Shown: positions 22,687-33,080, counted from the stretch's first letter. The stretch: 64,000 nt of DNA from Candidatus Anstonellales archaeon (GCA_038896535.1 JAWACY010000001.1:355111-419110), one strand, 5' to 3'. Program-made: numbers and translations. The notes: generated from the letters alone by a model not told the origin.

Positions 22687-23115
22687 ATGCAGGAAATATC
22701 AGAAACTGAGCTAAAACTCTCTAATTTTTTTACTGAATTTACTGGCGTTATTCCATCCTTAGTTGTTGCTTTAAATGATGCAGTTGCTTTTGTTGTTGAT
22801 AAAAGGGTAATGTCAAAAGTACTTGGCAGAAATGGGAAAAATGCAGAAATAATGGCAAGAAAAATAAATAAAAAAGTATATATTTTTGCTGATGCAAAAG
22901 AGCTTGAGCCATTTGTCAGGAATTTATTATCAGATGTTAAGATCATTGCATTGGATATAAATAGAGTTATGGACAAAGATTTTGTAACTGCATTCATAAT
23001 GGAAAAAGATAAATCAAGAGTTATAGGCAAAAACAAAGCAAGAATACGCCTTACAGAAGAGCTTTTAAAAAGAAAATTCAACGCAATGTTTTATTTGAGA
23101 ACTAAAGTTATTTGA
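22687..23115 (+). CDS. nusA: Archaeal NusA (two KH domains)
   Basis: VLGRNGKN and VIGKNKARI KH-like loops; canonical synteny. Confidence 0.88.
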   Translation: MQEISETELKLSNFFTEFTGVIPSLVVALNDAVAFVVDKRVMSKVLGRNGKNAEIMARKINKKVYIFADAKELEPFVRNLLSDVKIIALDINRVMDKDFVTAFIMEKDKSRVIGKNKARIRLTEELLKRKFNAMFYLRTKVI

Positions 23116-23316
23116 TATGAGTTGGTAATGTAAAGGTAGTGCAAAAAAGTCTGGCAAATTTTTTATTTCATTTTATTGAATCAAAATGCTTCTTCGCTCC
23201 ATTAAAATTCCTCAGCAAGAAATACAGCATTAATATTCTTACAAAAAATAAAAGTTGAGAAATTAAATTCTAGGCAAAAAATAAAAAATAAAAAATTCTA
23301 GGAGTTAGAAAGATAT

Positions 23317-23859
23317 TTATTGCACTCCAGTTGTCAATACTTTGAATGATACCCTTGCTATTCTGCTTTCTACAAAGTCAGTGGTAAAGTTATATTTTAT
23401 TATTACAACTCCTTGAAAATCTTGATTTTGCCCCATTTGAAGTCTTGTTTTTGTTCCTTGTTCATAGCATGGCACATTCTTTAATTCTATTGTCTGGCCT
23501 GGGCTTAATTGAACTGTGCTTACTCCTGGCTGTAGGCCAGAACTGACTACATCTTTTATAGAGCTAAATGGTTCATTACCAGTAAATTCACTTCTAACGC
23601 ATGTTATGTTTATCAAATTTATTGCTTTATCCTTTTGATTTATAAACCTAAAAGAAACATTAACGCTTCTATCTGTTCCAGAAATCTTTGTAGTAGCAAT
23701 TAAATCAGAGCATGTAAACCCTTGGTCTGCAAGGCAGAACTCACCAGAGCTTCTAAACCTAGTCAAATAAAAGACTAATGCACCCAAAACTATAAGAATA
23801 ACAAATATGGCCCACCCATATGTCATTAAAAATTCTATTGCTGCCTGTGCTTTTTTCAT
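23317..23859 (-). CDS. Archaeal type IV pilin (probable major pilin)
   Basis: MKKA|QAAIEFLMTYGWAIFVILIVLGAL classic class III signal and pilin helix; near the assembly genes. Confidence 0.9.
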   Translation of the reverse strand: MKKAQAAIEFLMTYGWAIFVILIVLGALVFYLTRFRSSGEFCLADQGFTCSDLIATTKISGTDRSVNVSFRFINQKDKAINLINITCVRSEFTGNEPFSSIKDVVSSGLQPGVSTVQLSPGQTIELKNVPCYEQGTKTRLQMGQNQDFQGVVIIKYNFTTDFVESRIARVSFKVLTTGVQ

Positions 23860-24010
23860 ATGACCACCAAATTATTTAATATAGGAATATTAATAAATGT
23901 TTGCTTTTATATACTTGCTTACACTTAAATAACCTTTAATTCACTCAATGCCCAATCAATGCTAATCAATGCCTTAATCAAATAAATTATAAGAGAAGAA
24001 TACAAATATG

Positions 24011-24288
24011 AAATACCAAGGGAAATAAAAACCAAAAGAAATACAAGCTAAATTAAGCGGAACAAAAGATGAAGAAGGGAAAAATGCATTAAAGATAATA
24101 GTAATAATAAAAGATAAATCTGGGAGAGAAATTCTAGGCCTTAAAAGAGTTCAATGAAAAACTTCAATGAAATACTATATAAAAAGATAAAAAAAGAAAT
24201 TCTTGATGAAAAGGAATTAATAGAAATAATAAAAGCAATTAAAGAATGTGATGCAAAATATATTGAGAAAATTTTCTCTTCTTTGTGA
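24011..24288 (+). pseudogene. Internally deleted, frameshifted remnant of the 33973-34704 gene family
   Basis: Three collinear blocks resemble ~34118-34193, ~34444-34505 and 34628-34704; 24212-24291 is identical to the reverse complement of 63770-63849. Confidence 0.85.
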
Positions 24289-24391
24289 TGTTGTGATTTA
24301 ATTGTGACGTAATTATAAATTATAAATTATAAATATAAAAACAGCATATAAAAATTTAAATAATTAAACCATTACTCTAAGATACATATAT
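24286..24391 (+). repeat. Trailer/promoter cassette of the dispersed repeat family (copy 1)
   Basis: TGATGTTGTGATTTAATTGTGACGTAAT...TATAAAAACAGCATATAAA matches 30746-30833, and its 3' half matches 33923-33969. Confidence 0.85.
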
Positions 24392-24513
24392 AGGCTAACA
24401 GGGACAAACTAGTAAGGAAGGCAAAAAGAACAAAAGAGGCAGCGGGAATAATGCAACAACATAAAATGATAAATGAAGAACAATTAACAAGAGCAGAAGA
24501 TACGCTATTGATA

Positions 24514-25557
24514 TTAACCAATGTTGAGCATTAAACTGCTTACAAATGCTGTTGCAATGAAGAAAATGATATATGCTGTTATCAGCATCAATGGAAAGAA
24601 TCTAAATGCCTGTCTTTTTGTGCCAGTATAAGCTACACTTACAATGAAGCTTGCTATGAAAACGTTTATGAATATTGTTATAATAGAAAACCACAGGAAT
24701 TCCCTTGATGAAAATGGGGGTTTTGATAATGATATATTTATACCTCCAACACTTGTTGTTTGCTGGCCTGAAGTAAATGTAAATGTTTTTTCCAGAGTTT
24801 GTATAAGCATATTTGTAACAGCCAATACTGCAGGCACACCAATAGATGACGCAAAAATAAGAAATATGATAGAAACAAGCAGGCTTGTTCTTATCTCTTT
24901 TTTACTAATGATTATATCTCTCGCCTCATCAGCAGTTTTTTCCAAAACAACAGCAAGCTCACCACCAGATTTTAATGCCTCTTTTATCATGCTTAAAGTC
25001 CTTGATAATATTGGAGAGTTAAACCTTTTGCTTAGATTATCTAACGCTTTGTCCATTGGCGTGCCAGCAAATGCCTCCTTTATGCTTGCTTTAACCTCAA
25101 TAGATAATATGCCAAATTCTGGTTTTGCTGCTTGCCATAATGCCTGCTCTAATGTCATCCCGCCCCTTATATTTGATGAAACTAAAGAAAAAAAGTCTGG
25201 TAAAACAGATTCAACAGCATTTCTTCTCATATCTGATTTAAATACATAATAACCATAGATGAGAGTTGCAATAAAGAAATACAAAACAATGCCGAATATT
25301 GAGTAAATAATGAAGGACAAAACCTGTATTTGTGCTTGTTCTTTTGTAATATCTGATGCTATGCCATAAAATATTTCATTAATTGGCTTGAATAGAAATA
25401 ATAATATGAATAGCATGGCATAAATCAATGTTAAAACAATTGCAATGCCAATGAATGTATCTCCATCTATGCTAGAACCAGATTGTTTTATAAATGAATC
25501 AACATCATTAACAGTTTTTTCAGGCATTAATCTACCTATTGTTTTTAATATCTCCAT
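24514..25557 (-). CDS. Type II secretion system F-domain (TadC-like) pilus platform protein
   Basis: ESVLPDFFSLVSSNIRGGMTLEQAL, FGILSIE, SGGELAVVLE; several TM helices. Confidence 0.88.
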   Translation of the reverse strand: MEILKTIGRLMPEKTVNDVDSFIKQSGSSIDGDTFIGIAIVLTLIYAMLFILLFLFKPINEIFYGIASDITKEQAQIQVLSFIIYSIFGIVLYFFIATLIYGYYVFKSDMRRNAVESVLPDFFSLVSSNIRGGMTLEQALWQAAKPEFGILSIEVKASIKEAFAGTPMDKALDNLSKRFNSPILSRTLSMIKEALKSGGELAVVLEKTADEARDIIISKKEIRTSLLVSIIFLIFASSIGVPAVLAVTNMLIQTLEKTFTFTSGQQTTSVGGINISLSKPPFSSREFLWFSIITIFINVFIASFIVSVAYTGTKRQAFRFFPLMLITAYIIFFIATAFVSSLMLNIG

Positions 25558-25561
25558 AATA

Positions 25562-26425
25562 TCAGTCCATTATTGCATATCTTGGTCTTGTGCTGTCAAC
25601 TGCAGCCAGGAAAAGAAATTGTATAAGAGCCAATACAACAGCCACTCCAAGCAAATAAACAAAAGGCATTGAAAGGCCTGTTTGCGGGGAAAATGATAAA
25701 AATACCATCAAGAATACAATGCCCAAAGCAGGTAGTATAACGCCAATAATAAGATAAAACATGACAAGCGGGTTAAGCTTTTGTCCATATTCCTTTATTT
25801 CAAGAAACTGCTCTTTTGATATCTGATTGACAACGGCATTTAAGCTTGCAGCTATATCAGCTCCTGATACAACAGCATTTGCTAATTGTATTAAAACCCT
25901 TTTTAATGCTGATGATGGCGTTTTTTCTGCAGCATCCCTCAAAACAAATGTTAAAGGCTCTCCTAATGAAACCCTCTCAACAATTCTTTTGAATTCTTTA
26001 CTTACCCTACCATAACCTTTTGTCAATCCAACCATTGCATCAAAAAGCGTTGAACCAGAAGAGAGCGATATTATTAAATGCTTCACTGCAAATACAAGAT
26101 CGTAATCTATTTCTTTCTTTCTCCTCAATAGCAATACATCAACACTATTTATGCTGACGAAATAAAATATTATGAATAAAAATACAAAAAGCACAGAAAA
26201 AACAATAAGCATTAATGATTCTGATGTTATTACTGAATAGCTCCATAAAAAAAGTCCAGCAACAGCACTTATGAATAAAGACATTATAAAAGATACGAAA
26301 ATCACATTATCAAAATACTGCTCTGGTGTAAATACACTTTCTGCAGCAATAAGTTTTTTCCTTAAATCTGGGTAATATGGTAATAAGAGATCAGAAATTT
26401 TTGATATTATTGGCAATCTTATCAT
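25562..26425 (-). CDS. Type II secretion system F-domain (TadB/TadC-like) pilus platform protein
   Basis: SSGSTLFDAM, YGRVSKEF, SGADIAASL, YGQKLNPL; TM helices. Confidence 0.88.
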   Translation of the reverse strand: MIRLPIISKISDLLLPYYPDLRKKLIAAESVFTPEQYFDNVIFVSFIMSLFISAVAGLFLWSYSVITSESLMLIVFSVLFVFLFIIFYFVSINSVDVLLLRRKKEIDYDLVFAVKHLIISLSSGSTLFDAMVGLTKGYGRVSKEFKRIVERVSLGEPLTFVLRDAAEKTPSSALKRVLIQLANAVVSGADIAASLNAVVNQISKEQFLEIKEYGQKLNPLVMFYLIIGVILPALGIVFLMVFLSFSPQTGLSMPFVYLLGVAVVLALIQFLFLAAVDSTRPRYAIMD

Positions 26426-27669
26426 GAAAATGCCTCCTTTGCTTCTTGCTCATTCATGCCCATCTCAATAGCAATAAGCTGTTTTGCTCTTTTGATTGCA
26501 TCTTGTTTTGATATTTCCCCTCTTAAATAGCTGTAAAATACTTTTCTGTCTTTTGCTCCGAGTTCATGCAAAAGCTGTGCCTCTTTCATTGCATTTATCT
26601 TTTCCATTATCTCTTCTCTCTTTGTTTTTTTCTCTTCCACAATTTGCTCTTGCTTTACTTCTTCTGATATAATTTCTTTTTTCTCTTTCGTTTCTTCTAT
26701 AGGCATTGCTACAATTTCTTCCTTTACTTCTTTTTTCTCTTCTTTTTCTTTTGGTTTGTATTCATTTACTAAATTATCTATTGACGAGTAATCTGGCTCT
26801 TTTAATGGAACTTTGATCATTTCTATAATAGCATTGTGCATTGTTTTTAAATAATCCTTATATTCATTTGCTGCTGCCTTTATTGCTTCATAAAGTTCTT
26901 GCTCACTCATATGCTGCTTTTGTTCATTTGCCGCTGCCTTTATTGTATTTACCGCCTTTTCTATATCATTTTTTAACATTGTTTCTATCTGTTTTTCATT
27001 ATCTTCTTTTCCTTTACCCTCTATTAATGCCTTTATTTTCTCTATCTCAGCCTTTATAACAACTCTTTTCTGCTCTTGCTTTTCTTTGAGCAATTCAGTT
27101 GTTAATTGTATTAGCTTAGCAGATAATTGAGATTTTGATAACCCCTCATAACTTGTTTTTAATGTTTCAACTCTTTTATTTGCTTCTTCTAAGGCTTGCT
27201 CCTTTTTCGGTATGCTCAAACCAAGGCCAGGCTTTTCTTTCATATTATCCTTCATATTATCTTTTTTAAATGGCATTTCCTTTTTTAAGTTATCTGTTTC
27301 TATTTTTTCCATCCTTTCTATTTTTTCCGCAACCTTTGCTTCTTCCTTTTGTTCTTTTTTTTGTTCCTTCCCATATTCAGGCTTTTCTGTTTTTGTTTCT
27401 ACTTTCTCTTCCTGAGTTTTTTCTTTTATTTCAGCAATCTTGGCTTCTCTTTGTTGTTTTACATTAGCATATGCAGCCTTTCCATAAGCAGTAATGAGCT
27501 TTTGGCTCTTTTCTATATTCTGATAAATATTTAATAAATCTGCATATAGCAAAACATTAATTTCTTCTTGCACTAAATAAGAGCCTTGCTCTCTTTCCAG
27601 CTTACCGCTTGTTATTTTTGATTCTTTTATGATTTTCAATGCTTCATTAAAATTCATTGAAACACCCAT
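26422..27669 (-). CDS. Charged coiled-coil protein within the pilus assembly operon
   Basis: 415 aa, E/K/Q-rich, overlaps both neighbours. Confidence 0.75.
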   Translation of the reverse strand: MGVSMNFNEALKIIKESKITSGKLEREQGSYLVQEEINVLLYADLLNIYQNIEKSQKLITAYGKAAYANVKQQREAKIAEIKEKTQEEKVETKTEKPEYGKEQKKEQKEEAKVAEKIERMEKIETDNLKKEMPFKKDNMKDNMKEKPGLGLSIPKKEQALEEANKRVETLKTSYEGLSKSQLSAKLIQLTTELLKEKQEQKRVVIKAEIEKIKALIEGKGKEDNEKQIETMLKNDIEKAVNTIKAAANEQKQHMSEQELYEAIKAAANEYKDYLKTMHNAIIEMIKVPLKEPDYSSIDNLVNEYKPKEKEEKKEVKEEIVAMPIEETKEKKEIISEEVKQEQIVEEKKTKREEIMEKINAMKEAQLLHELGAKDRKVFYSYLRGEISKQDAIKRAKQLIAIEMGMNEQEAKEAFS

Positions 27670-29150
27670 TGCTTATCTTTCTCAGCCGCATTTACAACTT
27701 CTTCTGGATAGCTATAATATGTGCTTACTATATGCCCTACTTGGTCTATGTCAAAATATTTCTTATTTACCATCCAATTTAATATTACTGATTTTTCTTG
27801 AATATCTGCTTTTATTTCTTTTTCATTAAGCCCTGCATAAAGCTCAAGTAAATTCGCTATTCTCACAAGATTTCCAGATTTTATTATTGTATCCTTTCCT
27901 GCATCCCATCTGTATATGTTGTTTAATTTTCCATTCTTTAATACTTCTGTAAATTCAAGCGTTCTCCTTAAATTGTATCTTCTATGCCTGAATTGAACAA
28001 CAATGCCTGCAACTGCATCAAGCACTTCATTTGGCAAGCTTATAGGAGGAGTTGTTAATCTTGTTATTGTTTGCTCGCTATTATCAGCGTGTAATGTTGC
28101 ATAGACACTATGTCCAGTATGCATTGCTTCAAACATGACTTCTGCTTCTTTTTGCCTCCTTATTTCTCCTACAATAATTCTATCTGGCCTCATCCTTAAA
28201 GAGTTAACGAGCAAATCAAGCATTGTTACTTCTCCCTTTCCTTCTGGATTTGGTTCTCTTGTTACTAATGGCACCCATTGCAAGTATTTAGGCAATGTTA
28301 ACTCCCTTGTATCTTCAATTGTTATTACTCTCTGATTTGCTGGAATAAAGCCGGCTATTGCATTAAGAAATGAAGTCTTCCCGCTTCCAGTGCCACCAGA
28401 AACTATTAAGGATAGCTCATTCTGTATGCAGAGCCATATCAGTGCCATGACTTCTATGCTTATTGTATCAGATGCTATAAGATTTGTGACAGTCCAAGGA
28501 TTTCTCGAGAATTTTCTTATTGTTAATGTATTGCCATAAGATGATATGGGGAACAATGTGGCATTAACTCTATCCCCAGTTGATATATGTGCGTCAAGCA
28601 ATGGGTTTAAAATATTTATCTGCCTACCAACCTTTCTTGCTATGAATGCAGCATAATTATATATTTCCTCATCATCTTTCATTTTCAAGTTTGTTCTGCA
28701 CCACCCGAATTTTTTGTGATAAACCCATATATTATCATTTGGTCCATTCACGACTATTTCTTCAAGCATCTCGTCAGAAACAAGTATATCAAGATCACCA
28801 AGCCCTATTGTGTGCTGTATTAAATATGTTGCGAGTATTGCCTTTTGCTCTTCTGTTATGTCTGGGAAGCTTTTTTCAAGTATTGCTATTGCCCTATTGT
28901 AAAATTTTTTCTTTATTATTTCTGCTTTTTTTGGATCTAGTATTTCAGATAAATCAACATCAACTCCAACAAGCAAATCTGCTTTTAATTTCGTTTCTAT
29001 AATTGTTTTTGTTCCAACACCTATGCCTGGCACTTTTATATCATATGTTGGTACGAAATCTTTTTTTGTTCTTATTACTGTTGCTTGTACAGGAATATTT
29101 TCGCTATAAAATGTGTATTTTCCCATTAATTGCTCATTTGTATTTGGCAT
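27654..29150 (-). CDS. Type II/IV secretion system ATPase (CpaF/TadA/VirB11-like)
   Basis: Walker A GGTGSGKT, TIEDTREL, LRMRPDRIIVGEIR, AMHTGH..ATLHA. Confidence 0.95.
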   Translation of the reverse strand: MPNTNEQLMGKYTFYSENIPVQATVIRTKKDFVPTYDIKVPGIGVGTKTIIETKLKADLLVGVDVDLSEILDPKKAEIIKKKFYNRAIAILEKSFPDITEEQKAILATYLIQHTIGLGDLDILVSDEMLEEIVVNGPNDNIWVYHKKFGWCRTNLKMKDDEEIYNYAAFIARKVGRQINILNPLLDAHISTGDRVNATLFPISSYGNTLTIRKFSRNPWTVTNLIASDTISIEVMALIWLCIQNELSLIVSGGTGSGKTSFLNAIAGFIPANQRVITIEDTRELTLPKYLQWVPLVTREPNPEGKGEVTMLDLLVNSLRMRPDRIIVGEIRRQKEAEVMFEAMHTGHSVYATLHADNSEQTITRLTTPPISLPNEVLDAVAGIVVQFRHRRYNLRRTLEFTEVLKNGKLNNIYRWDAGKDTIIKSGNLVRIANLLELYAGLNEKEIKADIQEKSVILNWMVNKKYFDIDQVGHIVSTYYSYPEEVVNAAEKDKQWVFQ

Positions 29151-29261
29151 TAAACCACCATATGTTTTTTGATAGTTTTGTTTATAAGCTTTTCTATAGC
29201 TTTCTTATTTCCATATCGGCAATATAAAAAATTTATAAAGCCTTTGTATATATTTTTTTCA

Positions 29262-29954
29262 ATGGTAGATTTGAGCAAGGCAATTATTGGGAGGATAGAA
29301 AAAAACGGGCAGAAGTTTGAGCTTTATTTAGATCCTGACAAGGCATATGAATACTTAGAAGGCAGGAAAAAAGATTTGGCAAACATCCTTGTTGTTGAGG
29401 AAGTTTATAAAGATGCTAAAAAAGGAGAGAAGCATAGCCAGCAAGCATTGAAGCAAGCATTTGGTAGTGATGATGTTTATGTTGTGTTAAAGGAAGTGCT
29501 TGATAAAGGAGAAGTCCAGCTAACAACAGAGCAGAAAAGAAAGATGGCAGAACAAAAGAGGAAGCAGGTTATTGCCTTAATAGCAAGAGAAGTGGTTGAT
29601 GCAAGAACAGGAGCGCCAATCCCTATGCAGAGAATAGAGCTTGCAATGGAACAAGCAAAAGTACATATAGACATGTTTAAAAAACCGGAAGAGCAGATGG
29701 AGGATGTGATAAAGGCTTTAAGGCCAATATTGCCAATGAAAATAGAAAAGGCAAAAATAGCAGTTAAAGTGCCTGCACAATATGCTATGCAAGCATACGG
29801 CATATTGAAATCTTATAATATAGTAAAAGAAGAATGGGCTAATAATGGAGATTTGCTTGTATTGCTAGAAATGCCTGCTGGTCTGCAAACGGAGTTGTAT
29901 GATAAAATAGGAAAATTAACACAAGGACAAGCACAAGTAAAAGTAATAAGATGA
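29262..29954 (+). CDS. Ribosome maturation factor SBDS (Sdo1)
   Basis: GQKFELYLDP, VYKDAKKGEK, GEVQLTTEQKR, RIELAMEQAK; start reassigned to MVDL at 29262. Confidence 0.95.
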   Translation: MVDLSKAIIGRIEKNGQKFELYLDPDKAYEYLEGRKKDLANILVVEEVYKDAKKGEKHSQQALKQAFGSDDVYVVLKEVLDKGEVQLTTEQKRKMAEQKRKQVIALIAREVVDARTGAPIPMQRIELAMEQAKVHIDMFKKPEEQMEDVIKALRPILPMKIEKAKIAVKVPAQYAMQAYGILKSYNIVKEEWANNGDLLVLLEMPAGLQTELYDKIGKLTQGQAQVKVIR

Positions 29955-30037
29955 AAATTAGTATTTTTGATGCAAGCGAACCACATAGCTGCCAATAGCA
30001 TTATAAATTTATGTTTTATATATAATTAGTGATTTCT

Positions 30038-30628
30038 ATGCTATATATCCCTGGAGATGAAATAAAAGAAAAAATAAAGATGCATCCAACAGCAACAAGG
30101 TTAGAAAATGGCAAGATTTATGCAAATGTAATAGGCATGGTCTCTGATAATGTTTTTAAGCCTTTTGAATTGGCATATGTAGCCAATGTTGGAGATTTAA
30201 TTGTTGGTGTTGTTTATGAGAAAAAGCCAAATGTAATATTTGTTGATACGAGCACATCTTATACTGGCCTTGTAATGGCGAAAGCAATAAGAATTGAAAT
30301 AAAGCAAGGAGACATAATATCAGGCAAAGTAAGTAAAATAGAGGAGAGTGATATAATTTTATCAGACATATCCCTTCTCTCTAGCAGGAATGAAATAGGC
30401 ACTTTAATAAGCATTCCACCTTCAAAAGTTGCTAGAATAATAGGCAAAGATGCTACTATGATAAGTCTAATAAAGGAAAAAACATCATGCAAAATAGTAG
30501 TTGGAATGAATGGCTATATTTGGATACAGGGGAAAAATGCTGAAAAAGCAGTTAAAGCAATATTGTTTATAATTAAAAGAGCACATTTACAAGGCCTGAC
30601 TTCAAAAGTAGAACAAATACTTGCTTAA
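30038..30628 (+). CDS. rrp4: Exosome RNA-binding subunit Rrp4
   Basis: IPGD N-terminus, S1 domain (VGDLIVGVV), KH motif PSKVARIIGK, VGMNGYIWI; follows SBDS. Confidence 0.9.
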   Translation: MLYIPGDEIKEKIKMHPTATRLENGKIYANVIGMVSDNVFKPFELAYVANVGDLIVGVVYEKKPNVIFVDTSTSYTGLVMAKAIRIEIKQGDIISGKVSKIEESDIILSDISLLSSRNEIGTLISIPPSKVARIIGKDATMISLIKEKTSCKIVVGMNGYIWIQGKNAEKAVKAILFIIKRAHLQGLTSKVEQILA

Positions 30629-30745
30629 CTGCTTTACTATTTATGTTTTACTCCTTTATTGCTTTACCGCTTTACTGTTTATTGCTTTATTGATTACTTT
30701 CGCTTAAATTTATATTGAGCTTCTATATTCTTTTTTATGTAATTA

Positions 30746-30833
30746 TGATGTTGTGATTTAATTGTGACGTAATCATAAATTATAAATATAAAAACGGCAT
30801 ATAAATAATTAAAAACTCTTACTTGAAAATACA
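30746..30833 (+). repeat. Trailer/promoter cassette of the dispersed repeat family (copy 2, without gene)
   Basis: 5' half matches 24286 onward; 30787-30833 matches 33923-33969 at 46 of 47 nt. Confidence 0.88.
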
Positions 30834-30896
30834 TGTAAGGGGCAATAATGTAAAATAATAAAGGAAAAACGGAAATTTTGGGAATATACATTCTTA

Positions 30897-30970
30897 GGGC
30901 TCTTAGCTCAGACTGGTAGAGCGCTCCCTTGGCATGGGAGAGGCCGGGGGTTCAAATCCCCCAGAGTCCA
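30897..30970 (+). tRNA. tRNA-Ala (anticodon GGC)
   Basis: Acceptor GGGCTCT/AGAGTCC+A with G3:U70, anticodon arm CTCCC-TTGGCAT-GGGAG, GTTCAAATC. Confidence 0.96.
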
Positions 30971-31019
30971 CTAAAAACAAAGCTTGCATTTTTAAACACT
31001 TTTAATAAATATTAAATAC

Positions 31020-32054
31020 ATGTATTTATTGAAATTTTTTAAGACAAGAGAAAAGAAAAAAATATATTCAGATTTTGTATCAAATATAGCAAAAAAGCAC
31101 GGATTAAAATTACAAAATACGGATATAAAGAGAATTGCAAATGCCTTAATTATGTTTGATGATGACAAAGAGATGCTCAAGCAAGTATTGAAAACTATTG
31201 ATATGTTTCTTAAAAGCAAAAAAAGGCAAGCATTAATGTTTTCAATAGATATAATAAAAAGTCCATTATTCTTAGAATTAAAAAAACAAAGGTCAATGTA
31301 TTTATATAATTATATAGAATCTCTTGCTTCAATTAAAGAAGCGCATAATATGACAAATGAGAGTATTTTGGCAATATTATCAAATGAAAGCATTATCTCA
31401 GTTATAAGAGATATTAATAATACAAGTGCTTGTATTGCTATGTTTGAATATTTTATAAATACCTATTATAATGTAAAAAGTATTGATAAACTAGAAGAGA
31501 GAGTTAGGGGGATAAATAGATATAAAATTGGTATTATTAAATTATATGCTGATTTAGTCAAAAGCCATAGATTTAAAGATTTTTCATTTGCAATCCTTGG
31601 GCACGATGAAAATAAAATGAAATTCATTTATAGCCAGTTAGCAAATAATGAAGTATATAAGTTCATAGAATACTTAATTAATATTGATGAAGAAAAGGGA
31701 GCAGAGATATTAAAAGATTTTTATACGCTTATTTACAAGACAACAAATAATGAAAGCATTTATCTATATTCAAATGATCTTGTTAGTTGTTTAAAATGCT
31801 ATAGAGATATAAACATTATTGCTATAATATTAAAAGAGCTTATATCTGCATACGATGTTCATTTTAGATTTAATTCAAGTCCAGCAACGTTGTTAAAAGC
31901 CAGTATAAAAAGGCTTATTGAAGAAAAGAATATTAAAAAAATAAGCCATATTGCTGAGCAGAGAGATGGAAATGAAACATCTTATGCTATTGCCAATACA
32001 TATATTGATATAAAAACTGAAATAAAAAATGTTATATTGGGTAATGATATATAA
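31020..32054 (+). CDS. Hypothetical alpha-helical protein
   Basis: 344-aa I/K/N/Y-rich ORF; no motif recognised. Confidence 0.65.
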   Translation: MYLLKFFKTREKKKIYSDFVSNIAKKHGLKLQNTDIKRIANALIMFDDDKEMLKQVLKTIDMFLKSKKRQALMFSIDIIKSPLFLELKKQRSMYLYNYIESLASIKEAHNMTNESILAILSNESIISVIRDINNTSACIAMFEYFINTYYNVKSIDKLEERVRGINRYKIGIIKLYADLVKSHRFKDFSFAILGHDENKMKFIYSQLANNEVYKFIEYLINIDEEKGAEILKDFYTLIYKTTNNESIYLYSNDLVSCLKCYRDINIIAIILKELISAYDVHFRFNSSPATLLKASIKRLIEEKNIKKISHIAEQRDGNETSYAIANTYIDIKTEIKNVILGNDI

Positions 32055-32079
32055 TAGGAATAAGAAAAGAGGCAGTATA

Positions 32080-32979
32080 ATGAATGCAAAAACATGCGAT
32101 CACTGTAATAATGAAAGCATTGTGCATTTAGCTTATGCAAATAGAAACCTTTGCCAGCAGCACTTTTTTAATTTAATAGAAAAAAGGTTTTCTTTTTGTT
32201 TAAGACAAGAGGGAATGAAACCAAAGCAAAGAGTTGCTGTTGCTTTAAGCGGGGGGAAAGATTCAACAACATTGCTTTATTTATTAAATAAATTAAAAAG
32301 CAAAATACCTATGGACATTTTTGCAATAACAATTGATGAAGGCATTGCAGGATATAGGCCAAAAAGCATAGAAAAAGCAGCGATAATGTGTAAAAAACTT
32401 GGTATTGAGCATCATATAGTAAAGTTCAGTTCAGAAGTTGGCAAATCACTTGATGAAATAATGGAAGATAAAGATGATGAGCCTGCTTGTAGCTATTGCG
32501 GTGTATTCAGGAGATACCTTCTTAATAAAGCAGCTAAAGAGCTTAATGCTGATTTGATTGCTGTTGGTCATAATTTAGATGATACCGCACAGACGATATT
32601 TATGAATTTATTGAGAAACGAACCATCGCGGATTTTGAGATTTTTTAAGCCAATAATAGAACCAGAGGATTTTGTTAGAAGAATAAAGCCTTTGATGTAT
32701 ATTCCAGAAAAGGAGATAGCTATATATGCAATATTGAAAGGGCTTGAGTTTGATGATGGGGAGTGCCCATATGCGATGAGGAGTATAAGATATTACATAA
32801 GAGATATGATAAATAAACTTGAAGACAAAAAACCTGGGGCAAAGTTTCAGATAGTTAAAAGCATGCTTTCATTATTATATGAAAAAGAACAGAATAATGA
32901 GATAAAGAAATGTAAAGTATGCAAAATGCCAACAAATAGCGAAACTTGCATGTTCTGTCATTTAAAGAGTATTATTTAA
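32080..32979 (+). CDS. tRNA 2-thiolation protein, TtuA/Ncs6 (TIGR00269-like) family
   Basis: N-terminal CxxC..CxxH, PP-loop SGGKDS, CSYCGVFRR, GHNLDD, ECPYA, C-terminal CxxC..CxxC. Confidence 0.92.
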   Translation: MNAKTCDHCNNESIVHLAYANRNLCQQHFFNLIEKRFSFCLRQEGMKPKQRVAVALSGGKDSTTLLYLLNKLKSKIPMDIFAITIDEGIAGYRPKSIEKAAIMCKKLGIEHHIVKFSSEVGKSLDEIMEDKDDEPACSYCGVFRRYLLNKAAKELNADLIAVGHNLDDTAQTIFMNLLRNEPSRILRFFKPIIEPEDFVRRIKPLMYIPEKEIAIYAILKGLEFDDGECPYAMRSIRYYIRDMINKLEDKKPGAKFQIVKSMLSLLYEKEQNNEIKKCKVCKMPTNSETCMFCHLKSII

Positions 32980-33007
32980 AAAATCTTTTAGCAGTTTTTT
33001 ATTCATT

Positions 33008-33080
33008 GCTCCGGTCGTCTAGTGGTCAAGGATACTGGCCTTTCACGCCAGAGACCCGGGTTCGAATCCCGGCCGGAGCA
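33008..33080 (+). tRNA. tRNA-Glu (anticodon TTC)
   Basis: Acceptor GCTCCGG/CCGGAGC+A, anticodon arm CTGGC-CTTTCAC-GCCAG, GTTCGAATC. Confidence 0.96.
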
